Positions 38,065 through 51,918 of a stretch of 64,000 nucleotides of DNA are shown one piece after another (the first letter of the stretch is position 1; each line of letters starts with the position of its first letter). Under the pieces are notes generated by a model that was given only the letters and a program-made list of their open reading frames with translations, was not told the DNA's origin and searched no databases. The position numbers were made by a program, and so were the translations under genes. Origin of the DNA: Bigelowiella natans CCMP2755 (Eukaryota; Protista; Cercozoa); the NCBI GenBank assembly GCA_000320545.1, contig ADNK01000501.1, forward strand, positions 62,001-126,000, in the 5' to 3' direction.

Positions 38065-41000
38065 GCTGAGAACGCTAGATCTGCGAATGCTGGAGGGAGT
38101 AGTGCAGGAATACGAAGGCAAAGCATCTTTGATACTCTCACGTCCGTAGTGCCCGCACAGCCAGCCGCCATACCTTTTATGAGTTATCATTATAATATTG
38201 ATAACAATAATAATACTAATGATCTTCCTGCGAGATCTATCCAGCTCATCCACTTCCTCCTGTTTGTTTCTTTGTTGGTTTGTTCTTCTTCTTCTCTCTT
38301 CTGTGCACAAGTACTACTACTAGTACTACTACGATTGCTGCTGGTGGTGGTGGTGCTATTACCAAGCAGAATCGCCATGATGGTTGCATCGTGGTCCTGA
38401 CTGAGGTACCAGTATCTGTGGTGGTGGTGGTGGTGGTGGTGAAGAAAAGGAATAAGAATAAGAATAAGAATGAGGGCATCAATGGATTGCACAAGGAGTA
38501 AGGCTGAAAGACTATCACCAAACACTGTGCTATATGGAACATGCAGTACACCCTACTACTCTCTCACCCTACGACAACGACAAGCGACAAACAACAAACG
38601 ATAACGACGCACAGGTCTGAAGGTGCGAGAGCGTTGAGATGGCCTCTCAGGCCTAATCCAAGCAAGAAGCCTGCGTGCGTGTACGTCAGTTTTCGAGGCC
38701 GGTTATAAGCAATCCAAGTTCGTGTGATCTCGGCGGCTGAAGAGGAGCTAGGCGAAGAAGAGCTGCGCCCATAGGCCTCCCCGCCGTTTTGTCCCCCCCC
38801 ACCCGCTGGAATGACTACGCGCAGGCCTGCTGCGACACCGTTGTGGAAGCCCGGCCAATCTCTGAGGGTGTTCTGCCCGCCCATGCTTGTAAGCAGGCGC
38901 ACCACCTCAGCATGCTCGTAGTCAAGAGAGACTGGGATGTCCTTTGGAGGCAAAATCCCCTTCACCACCAGTCGTGGCACGGCCAGAGCTTCTGTGAGAT
39001 CAGGGATGTAGGATCCCAATGTGAGCATCCCTCGCCCGACCGGCAGGGCCAATGTGCGGATGATGCGGCGGAACAGCTGTAGCTGTTTCCACGACTGAGA
39101 GCCAGGACCGCCGTTTGCTGCGTTGTCGCCCTGCCCTTCCCCACCGCCATTCAGCGAGTGCTCCGCCGGAACATTCATACGAATCAACCGGTTGGAGCGG
39201 AGAATGCGGCACACCTCCTTGATTCGCTTGTCACGCCCGAACCGCAGCAAACTCTGCCGGAGTACCAGCGATGTTCCGTCGACTTCGTTCCCGTAGTCCT
39301 GCCGCAGGGCCTCTCGCTGCTGTGGCGTCTCTGCCGCCGCTGCTGCAGCCGATGATGCTGCAGCGGCCGCCATTGTCCTGCTCATCGAGTTCTGTCCGAG
39401 GACCGAACCGATTTGCAGCGACGAGAGCGGCTGAGCTCTACCACTAGCCCCACCCCCCCCGCCACCACGGGTACTGCCTGTCCCCGGATGCCCCCTCCGG
39501 ACTCCGACAACGCCTCCTCCACTGCTACTGCTACCACCCGCCCCTGCGGCGTTGGTGGACGAGGTCTCAAAAAGCGTGGCTAGGTCCTCACGACGTATAA
39601 GCTTGTATGCAGCAGGCGGCCATCCTGTGGGAGGATTCTCGCGGCAGTTGCAGAGGGCTTGTCGTAATGGCAGGGCTACGCCGAACGGCAGCTCATCAAG
39701 GTCTTCGATGGAGAGACCCTCCTCCACCATGACAATCACCAGCTGCTCCTCTCGGCTGCGCGCCGTGCACTGTCGTGGGGGGGGGCGCGTTGAGGAAGGG
39801 GACAGCAGCGGATAAGGGGACCTCGTCGTTTGGTAGCCATAAGCACCAGCTCTTACCAATGGGGGAGTCTTGCTACCACTACTATTTCCGCTGTTTTGAG
39901 TGGTTTGGAATGGGATCGGGGCTGCCAAAGGGGATGGCGGATGAATCATAAATCGACGTCGTTGAGGGGGGAGAAGGGACGAGGACGTGGACGTGCAGGG
40001 TGTAGCTTGCCTGCTACTCCCAGGCGTAGTTGTGACGGCCATCATCCTCATCCGCTTGTGCTCGTCCACGGTTGTAGCAGCAGAAGAAGAATACGGGGGG
40101 GAGGAGGAGAAGAGAACAGAGTAAAGTCGGCAAATGCGACGTAGGCGATGGAAGGGAAACCCCCCGCCACCTCCAGCCCCACGATGACGACCCCTGTTAG
40201 CAGAGGATGATGCAGTGGTAGCTGTAGCTGCTCCTCCTGATCCAACCATGATACCTTCTCCTCCACCATCGGCATATAGTGTTGGTAGTAAGAAGGAACC
40301 GTAGATTCGAATGCTTGCAGGAAGGGCGTTGAGGGGGTGGGGAGGTGGCCTGCGGCTGCTGCTGCTGGTGCTGTCATCGCCAGACCTGACACAATGTACC
40401 AGCCACTGGAACACGTTAGCAGGTACTTGCTGCTTATTATTCCTTAAGCGGTCTGAAGCGGCCTCTTCTCCCTCTCCTTCTTTTTCTTTTTCTTCTTCTT
40501 CTTCTTTATCCTGTGGAATGGAGACCTGATCGGAATCCCTTAGGTATTGATCCAGGAAAGCTGGCTCTTTCGCAGCACGTGCCAGGCCTTTTAGCAGTGG
40601 CAGCAATCGCAAATGCTCGCTCTTTCGCAACACGTCGAGCTTGTAGTTTTCGTACAGCGTGTGCAGCGCTCTCAGAACCAGTCTCAGGGTGGTGGTGGTG
40701 GAGGAGGAGGAGGAGGAGGAGGAAGAAGAATTGGGAATAAGAAGGGATCCCTGTTTCGCCGTAGCTTTTTCGAATGCCCTGTAGGCCCTCTTTTTCTTCT
40801 TCTGCGGCCCCTTCTTCACCTTTTTCTTTGACCGCTGTTTACGTTGGCCCTTTGCCTTATCTTTTGAGCTCTTTGCCGCCGTCGTCGTCTTCATCGTCGT
40901 CAACGGGAGATAGACAGCAGGACCAAGTGACGACATCGCGTGCATATCACTTTTCAACAGTCTCTCCCAGTGACTATTATCGTTGTCCTCGTCACTGCCG

Positions 41001-42398
41001 TCATCATCGCTTTCTATTTCTTCCTCCATTGCCATCTCCCCATCATCTTCGCTCCCCGCTAGCCGATCGAGCATCGTGCAAAACACTTTCCAGTAGTCGA
41101 TTTTCCTGCTAATGCTGCTGCTGCTGCTACTGCTCTCGTGGCGACTACTACTCGGGGCAGCGTCTCTACTCTTCTTCTCCTTTTCCTCCTTCTTCTCCTC
41201 CTCATCCTCCCGTTTTGCAATGGCTCTCTTCTCCTTCTCAAGCTCGCAGTCCAACAAGAAATCGTGGAGGAGGGCGTGGTGAAATTCTGGGTCAACCAAG
41301 AGCTCAATGGCAGCAAAACACGCCGAAATGAGGCCTTGACGGCTGAACGGGGTTGTTGCCACCTTCATGCGCAGCTCCTTCCCAGTATCAAATAGCACCG
41401 TTATTTTGTCGCGATTGCTTTCCTGGACATCGATAACTCTAGAAGAAAATGCAGCCTTTAGATCGATTGTCCCGATCAGCGTGGCGCCTGTGTACAGATG
41501 CAACAGCTCGCCGTTTTCGCTAAGGACAAGGATGTCGTGGTTGAATGGATCTCCATTTTCGTCGTCATTGTCGTCAACGAGACCGCACCAGCCAATACCA
41601 TCCCATCTACTCGTGCCTACGGTGTGGCAGCTATCAATGCTGTCGCGGTACAGGCAGCGGGCAGACATAATCGGCACTGCTGCGCTGCATGCACCCTCCA
41701 ACATGAAGGCCAGCTCAACCCTTATCTTGGAGGGGGGGAGCGTTGAGGAAGAGGAAGAAGACGAGGAGGAGGCGGTGGCAGTAGTGGACGGAGAAATGTG
41801 CTTCAGCCGGTAGGCACGGAGCTGATTGTAATTCATACAGAAAGATCTCATATCTCATCACTTTTTTACGCAACGAGGTTCAAAATATGACACGTGTGCT
41901 TATGGATGATAACAACACTACCGTTTTCTGTTGCTTGTCAAACAAGCAAAGGAGCGGAGTGGAGGCCTCATCTCTGGCAAGAAACACCTTCGAAATCGCT
42001 GTTCTCTCGCTTTGCACCCAAACGAGGTCAAGGATAACTTCAGATTCAATGCGAGTTGCCTCTTCGTCCTCCTCTTCCACTTCTTCCCTCTCCCCCCCCC
42101 CTTCTATCTCCATGAGATCAATCTTCCTCTTACTATCACTGCTGTGCTTTGCCACAGATAATCTCCCTCCTGCTGCAGTAGTTCCATTTCTCCTTCCCCA
42201 GGCCTCACCATCAGTGTTATCATCCTCGCCGTCGTGATCATTCTTATCGAGCCGGTTGGCGTGGAATCGTTTGTTGATCTCGGCTAGCGACTGATGCATG
42301 ACCCACAGCTTGTGCACATGCTGCTCTGTGTTGTACGTCACTAAGAGCGGCCGGGATTCGAAGCTGAAGACGACTTTCTCACAAGGATCACGGAGGTA

Positions 42399-42433
<35 letters not shown>

Positions 42434-43166
42434 CACTGTTGCTCCTGCTTCTTCTTTTCGCCTACGAGTTGTATTACGTATGAAGGACGCACACAGCACC
42501 ACCACCATCACAACATACACCAGTTATCGTCGTGGAACAAGAACTATTTCTACTTGTATATTGGTAGTACCGTCATTTCTAATGGTGTAGCCAGAATCGC
42601 GTTTGCGTGCTGCTGCTGCTGCTTCTTCTTCATCTCGGCTAATGCGCCTCGTACCCCCCTTTCCTGTAAGCTTTGAGATACCGGTTTCAAGACCTGGCAA
42701 TGGTGTGAATGTTAGCTCGATCGGCTGCCAAGGAAGTCAACAACACGCTCTCGCACCTCTAGAGGATGCATGAGGCTGAAGAGAAGCGGGGCATCAGGGT
42801 TCTTTCCACTTTCCTGTGAGGTATGATCAAAGCATATCCAACGTCATGCTACAAGCCAAGAACGATAATGACACAGCAGAGGGATTGAGGGAGGAGCTCA
42901 CTTCCTTCCCGATTTTGCGTTCGATAAGGAGACCTGACAGGGAAAGCTTTTAGAAGATAACAATAATAAATGTTGAAGGAGTGGTTTGCGGTTGATGAAT
43001 CACCTTCCAAGAGGGGCCACACTCTATTTACCCTACACGGCAGGGCTATGTGATACATCTCGCCATCATCGCGGTGCACTGTAAGACTTTCCGCATGAAG
43101 AATGCAAAGCCATCTGAGGATCAACAATTCTCAGCCATAACATCATTTAATAATATGCTCAACAAA

Positions 43167-43204
<38 letters not shown>

Positions 43205-43820
43205 TTACATATTTATACGTGTGTTTCTAAGTACGATATTTATATAACAACACAGCTGTGCAGGGACATGAAATAGCGTGTGGTGGTCTCGCCAATCGTC
43301 GTCGCATTTACTCACTCCTTCAAGATGGTATTGTTGTTGAAGTCGGCGAAGGAGCACCACACAGCTTGGTGTACGCGCTCATCCGTTCGGAAGCTTGAGA
43401 ATTAATAGAATATCTCATTAAAATAATCAGCCATGATGCACTGTACTTAATTCTGTTTTTATTTCATAGTGTGTGGGAAGATGGATCCATGGAGTGGAAA
43501 GGAGGTAGGGTGATGTTGAGAAGGACCTTTTCAGAATACGAGGCCCCGATGACCAGATAACAATGGTCTCTCCAACATAAAGACTCTCCTCTCGTCGAGG
43601 TCGTGTGTAGCTGAGCCTTGTACATTTCCGCTCCACTCTGGAGATGATGAAGAAGAAGTAGTAGCAGAAGAAGAAGTAGAAGAAGAAATATATCACACCA
43701 CAAAGCTTGGGTTGGAAAAAATGGGGTTCATATCCTTGGTTAGATAACAAGAGAAGCTGTCAACCTTTGCTTGCAACGGAAGCAATCAGAGCCGAGCTCG
43801 CCACACTTCTGGAGCTCCAT
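32287..43820 (-). CDS. APC1: Anaphase-promoting complex subunit 1, multi-exon
   Basis: Motifs in order: EESLYVGETIVIWS; LPFGVALPLRQAL..CRENPPTGWPPAAYKLIRREDLA; LRFGRDKRIKEVCRIL; RTLALPVGRGM; WPGFHNGVAAGLR; HAGFLLGLGLRGHL; QTAALVGIGLLYRGTAHRLMTE; VTAPGAIAALGLMY; LDYVRPDF; AGACLSIGLRFAGT; MAIGLLFLGGG; DNRYYLQALRHLYV. The start may lie further upstream (up to ~44401). Confidence 0.95.
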
Positions 43821-44652
43821 CTGAGATGAAAGCTTTCGGAGAGGACTCCTGTCTCTCTGTCTGCAGCTTCTTCTCGTTTATATTTCTCTGTTTCCCCAGC
43901 CCGTTTGTCAGCTTGAATACTGACACCTACCCAGCAGAAAAGCCGTCAAATTGGTGGGTGCTGTTAGGCAAAATGGTTTTTCGAAAGCAGCAACGTCGAC
44001 GAAGAAGACATAACTAGGACTTCCCCACCCAGCTGCATTACCCTAGGACGAATTATTAGCTGCTGGTGGATCTACACACGCCTTTCGGAATATTTGGCGG
44101 GAAAGTGATCGTGTCGCTCTTGTGTCACTCCCGCTGACCGTGAAACATGTGCGGCTCTTAGTATGGCCGCGTATAGCACATGCAAAGATCTAGCAGCTAT
44201 CTGCGTGGAAAAAGGCGCTTTCAATCTTCCCCTTCCCCTCTCCTCCGTTATCCTACCCACCTGAAAATCGTCTCCAACGCCGCCACTGCAGTTGTCTGTG
44301 TGTTGGCGTCGTTGTTGTTGTTGTTGTTGTTGTTGTTTTGTTGTTGTTGTTAACCACGAAATCGGTCTTCCCACGGCTCCGTCGTATTCATAGTCTTCCA
44401 TAGACCAAATTTATATACTATAAATACCCTACATCATTTTTTAATATTATTTTCTTTGCAAAGTCGGAATCGTTGTTTTGAAGTTCTCTGCCTCTTTGCA
44501 TGTGATCATAGGATATATTATCGATTAAAATTTATTCCGTTGATTCTGTTCGGAAGAGCTTTGCTCTGAGCAATCCATCGGCAAGAGCTCTGACCTGCGA
44601 TGGCCCTTCTTTCCGATAACATTAACAGGTGGGCGCAGCTTTGAGGAGGAGA

Positions 44653-47600
44653 ATGCGAATAGGAAAATGGGAGAGGATGGAACGTGGCAGGAATGTTGAA
44701 GGTTCAATTATCCGTCTCGTGGCTATTTCCGCGTGTATCGCAGCTTTAGCTGCGATTCCACGCTCGGGGATACTCTCGAGCTCATCATCATTGCACCAAC
44801 GCGAGGCCTTCTACAATCACAACAGTCTTAAAAAGTATTATTCAAACTTTGCTCCACCTATAGAATGTTATATGTCGCTGCTGCGTCACAAAAACCCGTC
44901 ATACCTTCTTACCAGGAGATATGGATTTCGAACGAGTTGCTTCGGGTTAAGAGGAGGGGCCGAGGGAAGATTTTCTACAGCTGATAGTTTAAGCTTGGCA
45001 CGCCTTGGACTATCCGACTCTCCAATCATACCGCCTAATCTCCTTCGCGTAGATTACCACAATGAGACCACGTAAGCATGTCCCAAATAAAGGGGATGAA
45101 GTATTCACTCACCACAATGGCCATTTAGTGTACCTGTGTACATCAGGACAAATGGAAAAAGGGTCTCAATGAGAGACTTGTATTTAGCCCTCCTTGCTAA
45201 TATTGGCGGAGCGGTACCTACCTACATTTGCTGCCTATAGACGTCCAAAACAAAAAAAGATGGGGAGCAGGAGAGAAGCTCACTTCCAATTACCTACACG
45301 TCCTTCCACATAAATACACACGCCAGTGTGATCGTCAGATCTGAGACGAGAGCAGCTGATAATGGGTAATAAATTACGTTCAATCAGGGTCGATTGGAGG
45401 CTGAGCGAATGGTAACCAGCTGGCAAGCCAGAGCTGCACCTGGTAATGGAAATGCGTCCACCCTTTAACCACAGACATACCACATGTTGTTAATGAACAA
45501 TGCGGGCTCTGGCAAATAGGAAGAGAATATGCACTGATGTGATTGTATGCATTGATACCATTCAGGGTTTGTGCCTAGTTTGGTGAGCATTGTCACTGAG
45601 CCTACAGCTGATCCCCAGGTGGTAGTAGTAGTAGTAGTAATAAGTAGTTGCCAGTGAAAACTCAGATGCTCATGGATGCGTATCATTACCCAACGATTTT
45701 CTCAGGTCAGGCTGATGGCGGCCATAGTGGCGAAGAACGCAATCGGTACATCTCCTCCTCGTCGCTTGCAAATTACACGTTCCCATAGACTACATAAATA
45801 GTAGGCAGAAATTGCTGTTTGGGATGCGCACCATCCCAACTCAGACGCCGACTAGTTCCATATTGTTTATCATGCTTTTCCACTTCGTGTGAGTGCAAGT
45901 AATGTGATTTCTCCCTTCGGCTATGCTTGTCGACTGTGGCTCTCGCCACCATTCACTATCAGGAGGATTCTCGAGAGAGAGGCACGCAAACCCAGCATGC
46001 TGGCGGTACTACTGCTTATACGTAGCATCGAATGGTAGAAAAACGATCAGAAACGTATTCACACAGGCAGGCAACGTTCCCAACATTCATTGAGTGTATA
46101 AAACAATCGCTGAGATTGCTTCAAACCTAACGTGTCTGCACAGAGGGCTCACCATTCACGAGAAAGTGCGAGCGCGTCAAGCGCTTTTAGACTTGCTCTT
46201 TAAGGAGGAACATCCGGTGCATGATTCGTTAACATGAAAGCACACGCTGTAAGCCAAGAGTGGCGCCTCTCTCTCCATCCGATACTTGTTTTACTTCTCT
46301 CCTTATTTCGTGATTGGCCGAGTTAATGCTGTTACTACCGTTACTACCACTGAGAAACTATTCCATTTCCCTTCCTTCTACAGGCATTGTGCATGCAAGT
46401 GACCTTGTGTATCGCGTACATCTCCCATCACGATTACCCAAGATTGTGGCCAGGTGAGTCGTTACAAACAGACTAGTTGTAGTGTTGCTAAGAGCAGTCT
46501 TTGAGGAGGGTAGGAGGAGTAAAAATTCTGACTTTGTCGGACCACACGTACATTTGTCGTCACTCTAACAAAATCCTTCTTTCCCTCTTTCCCTCTTTCC
46601 GCCTTCAATACGCACAGACGCGGTAGATGATATTCTCGAGAAAGTCATGGTAACGCTTGTGTTGCAGTGATCAAAGATGATAGCAGCTGTAGTAGTTTAC
46701 GTACATTGCTGTCATACGATGCCTATATCTATTACTCGAAGCCCTTCCAAACCCCCTTACTACTACTACTACTACTACTACTACTTCACACACACAACAT
46801 AACCAGGTATCGCATAGCCAGTCCGACTTTCCAAGTATATGCAAGGCTTTGAAGTGTCTGAAGCACGTATGTCGGATGCACGGTAAGCTGCGTGCGTGGG
46901 GTCTAGTAGAAGGAAGGAGGGGACGGAGCGAAATAAATAGCTTACGCTCTCTTGATGCAACTTCCTCATCATCATCATCATTGTCGCATTATTATCATTA
47001 TTATTATTATTAGTAGTAGTAGTAGTATTATCATGATAACTATTCTAACCATCCTCTGTACCATTCACACATATTAGGTAGCGGGCCAGAGGGCACGAGT
47101 AGCAGCAGCCCGTCCGCGAGAGGTCGAATGGGCTCCGCCATGATGAAGATCGTGCAGAGGTAGTAGTAGTAGTAGTAGTAGTAGATGTTTTGTGGGGTAA
47201 TTTCGTTCTTGGGCTACTGTGGCTGCTGCTGAGCTTTGTATTACATGCACTTCCGTCCTTAGCGTTTTCCTCGTCATCTTAGTTTGCTCCTAGCCTTCAT
47301 CAATTCCATCTCCTCTTTACTCCGCTCTCTTCCCCCTCCTCCTCCTCCTCCTCCTCCTCCTCCTCCTCCCTTTCTTGTGCCGTTCGCCAGACTTATGGAC
47401 CCTGATGGTTTCAACTCTCGATCATCCCCTCGTTCCTCGTTGAAGATAGCAGCAGGAAAGGTGCTGGGAAAATGGAAGGAGAGAGGGGGAACGGGCCAAA
47501 CTCTTCTGATGCATTGGAATTTTTTTTGTGTTGTTGTTATGAATGAATGAAACCTTTCATCTTCTTTTACTGTTACTTGGGGTTGCATCGCTGTGTTTTC

Positions 47601-47834
47601 TTCGATTTCTGAATTTAGTCCTCGCTCGTCTCCCCCCCATTCCTTTTACTACAAACGGCATAGGTCCTGGATTTATGGAGGAAGTACTTGAAGATATTCT
47701 TAACAGGTGAGAGTCTCATTTAAATTGTCAGCATCATCATCGCAATGCGAAGTTGATTTCGGAATAGCGGGCAGCTGTGGATGTTCTTTTTTTTAGTTTT
47801 TTCGACCCATTAGTCGTTTTTCATATCATCATCA

Positions 47835-47868
<34 letters not shown>

Positions 47869-48180
47869 GATAATCGTGCTCAGATCAAAGTTCTGGCGAT
47901 TCCGTGGTCATGGCAGGAGTGATCGGAAATAAGGTGTAAGAGAGAAAGGAAAAGTATGAAGAGAGGAAGATGATGGAGAGTATGCGAAGACACGTCGTGT
48001 GGGCTCTCCTCGCTTTCCATTTCCCTTAAAAATATGTCGGAAACTACGAGTATGATGATGACGATGATGATGATGATGAAAATGGTAAACCATTTTATTA
48101 CATACAGTGTTTAAGCGTCTTGAGGGACATGCTGCTGATGCAAGAGGCATCAAGTACGCGATGATCACAACTAGCAGCAA

Positions 48181-48212
<32 letters not shown>

Positions 48213-51200
48213 AGACCAAGGTGGTAGAGAGTACATGCATACTATTATGTATCTTCTTTCCCTCCTGCACAAGTATTTTTCGTACATTTCGACGGCAAGT
48301 CTATTCCCACACGATGTAAGTATTTGAGATTTTCATCTCTGCCCTCTTCCGCATCCTCCTCCTCCTCGTCGTTGTTTTCTCCCTCGTTGTTATTTTATTA
48401 TCCATCCTCACACTTCTGATGGTTCTGGATTAGACCTGATCGAGCCTCTCCAACCGTTGATCGCTGAATTCATACGCGACAGCCAGCAAGTTATGATCAA
48501 GATTGTCCAGGTAGTATCTCCTTGAATAGGTGAATGATGATGATGATGATGATGACGATGATGATGATAGTGATGATGATGATCATCTGACTAGCGTATT
48601 CCTCTTGGCTATTGCTGCTGCTGTTGCTACACAGACGGGCCTGATCTCGTCTTCTCATCAGAATGTCGTGGGAGACTCTACCTCTTCATCCTCCCAAATC
48701 ATTACAGAAACAGCCCTCAAAGTTGTCATTTCATATCTATCCGAGATCATCTCGCAATTCCCTCCTTACGTCCTTTCCCATGATTCGAATCATCGTCACT
48801 ATCAACACGATCATGATATTCACATCATCTTTATCGCCATAATCGTCATTATGTATGATTCTGCAGCAATACGAGCGGATATTATCGGTACTGGTGCTGA
48901 TCCTGGAGACAAATCCCGTCGAGTTTTCCGACCACCTGAAGCAGGTATATGATATGAAATAGGCTCTTTACTCCTTTGATCTTTGCCTCTTGGCAGTCGC
49001 GTTGTAGTTTTTCACATACAACCATATTTCTCATGCTCCTCTTTCTTCCAATTATTGACGACGCTGATACAAGTTATTGTACACAGACTTTGGAGATAGT
49101 CTTGACGGCATTGTATCAGGACAGCACAAACGGCCACACCATGCGGTTCTACTACTGCTACTACTACTACTGCTGTTGCTGCTGCTGCTGCTGATGCTTT
49201 CTTCCTCCTCCGCTTCATTCTCTTCATCATCTTCTCATTTTCGCCTTTCCCCCATCCCTCTTCTTATCCAGATGGAAAACACGTAAGATGATGTTCCAAT
49301 TCGTGAGAGACGTGATCGGTTCCAGGATGTACTCGGAGCAGGTATTACCAGCTTTAAGCACACATTCACACGCACATCTACCACCACTGCTTTTATGTCA
49401 TTCTGTCTCCTCTCAAATCAACCTACTAGTAGTGAATTCGATGTTTTTGGTTCTTCCCTTCTTGCCTTCTGGCGCTTGTGTCTACTTGTTCTCCTCTTAT
49501 CCAGATTGCCAACGTATACCAACAACGATATCTTCGGGTACTCCTATGTTCTAGTGCTTTTCCTTCAGTTGCTGCTGCTGCTGCTACTTACTGCTGCTAC
49601 ATAATGAAGTTCATCTTCCCACCTTATATTTTAAACGCATGTTTTTGTGGGGCCAAAACTCTTCGAATACATTTCATACAACATTTGCTGCGTGATGAGC
49701 CAGCCTGACTTGTGAAGTAATCCTGGTGTATTTATCCTTTTGCAACACAGCTTTCAGCCGAATTGAAACAGCACAGTGAGGGCGGGGAAATGGGAATGAG
49801 GTGATGATGACGTATCACGAGCCACCCACTTTTCTGTACGATTCGAAACATTCTAGATTTGATTGGTGCCTTCCGAGCAAGATTTTTTCCGTCGAAAAGT
49901 ATCGTCTTCATCCCGTACTTTAAAACCCCATTTAAGCGTATATTTCCTATGGTTTTCTTCTCCACAGCATCGACCCCGAAGCCTTGCAGGAAGCACGGGC
50001 TGAACTTGGTGACTCTATTCATCATCCATCTATTCGATGACAATGCCACTTCTTTACATCCGAGTACTTATATACTTATACCTCTTCTTCCTCCCCCTCC
50101 TCCTCCCAACTCTTTCTTCCATCTTTGTAGAACACCTGCAACGAGGGGCTAGGCTTCGGAAGCAAGGAGCCGATGTGATCAAGGAAATGCTTGGTAACAA
50201 GATCGAGTGTCGTTGTTGTTATTGTTGTTATTATTATTGTTGTTGTATTGAGCAAGATGACGATGACGAAGCGACTGTGCTATTCCTCCTTGTTGCTTTC
50301 CTCATGACTCACGTGCGTGTGTGTGTGTGTGTACGGTTGCTCACCGTTAGGCCCAGAGGACGACATTCGGGTTGCTGATGATGATGAGGAGGAGGAGGAG
50401 ATTGAACCTGCAGGAGTAGTAGATCCCTCACCTCAGCTGCAGAAAATCATCGAGGTGCTGCACAGATCTATGTGGCAGGGGGGTTGGAAGATACAGCTAA
50501 ACAAAAAGGAGAGATAGACGGACTAGAAGGGAGAAATTCTTCTTTGTCTCTCACAAGCCTAGCATCTTTCTCAATTCCTCTCCACCTTCTTCGGCCTATT
50601 ATTTTGCAGGCAACCATTGTGAAGTATATTTCCCTTTCGGGGGAAGAATTACAAGACTGGAAAGCTGACCCCGAGGTTTATTTTTTAAGCTATTTGCTGC
50701 CGCTGTTATTGTTAGTGTCGCTCTGATGATGAAAACTCTATCACTACTGGCCAATGATCTACTATTAGTAATATTGTTGTCTGTTCTCTCTCCCCCCCTC
50801 TGCCTCTGCAACAAAACCAACAAATAGCTTTATCTCGCGAGTGCCGGACGGGATGCACCGAGGCCTGAGGAGGAAGGGCCAAGGTAGCAGTATTGATTTG
50901 GGGGGGGAGGCGAGATTGAAAGGGGAACATCGTTGCTGTTGCCGTTGCCGCTGGCGCTGGCGCTGCTGTTAATTCTTGTTGTTTTTGTTTTTCCCTGACG
51001 AGACACAACCTTGATGTCCACCGACATTTAACACACACACACACACACACGCACACAATATTTGTTTATAGGGGCCTTGGTCACGGGCTAATTCGCCAAT
51101 TATTCCTGAGGTAGTAGTAGTAGTAGTAGTAAAGTAGATGTAGTGGTAGTAAATGTCGTAAAAATATGGAGAGAACAGAAGCAGGAGCTGCGACTATTTG

Positions 51201-51408
51201 AAAACAATTGATTTCAGAAGAAGCAGCAACTTGTTCGTTTGACGCAACTAAATACCCGTTACCATCAATACCATTAGAGCTCCTAGGAACACAGCGACTG
51301 CCGTAAGCATCCATTATATAAACATGCCTGTGCTGTAGCAGCAGAAACCAAGAACAAAGCAAGAACGACGATATCACTCACCTTCTCCTATCCACAATCT
51401 CCCCCCCC

Positions 51409-51503
<95 letters not shown>

Positions 51504-51876
51504 TTCCTCTCTCCTCCCTTCTGCGCAGATACATGCTGCATTTTCAAAGTTACAAGATCTTCCCGATAAAGGTGGTTGCGATTTGTGCATTGATAAAGAA
51601 GAACCAAATCATTAACGAAGCTCGCGTGCGCGCGCGCACACACACACACATAAACACACACACAAACACAAAAACACAGATCTATACAATACTTTTACAC
51701 TTGTCCATTATGATTTGAGGCAATGTTGCGTGGTTGTCAGGGCAACCTGCAGGAGTGCTATACCTGGAAGCAGTCTATCGGTAAGAAGAGAATATTGCTT
51801 TCACAGCATGGAAGGAAGAACCCAGAACATATTCAATTCTGACCTGTTATGATAATGCTGATCTCATACCTACTCC

Positions 51877-51918
<42 letters not shown>

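Noticed and set aside
44072-44401. 109-aa minus-strand ORF as a separate gene
   Set aside because: It has no recognisable domain. It may be an APC1 5' exon or UTR, but no convincing in-phase splice could be established.
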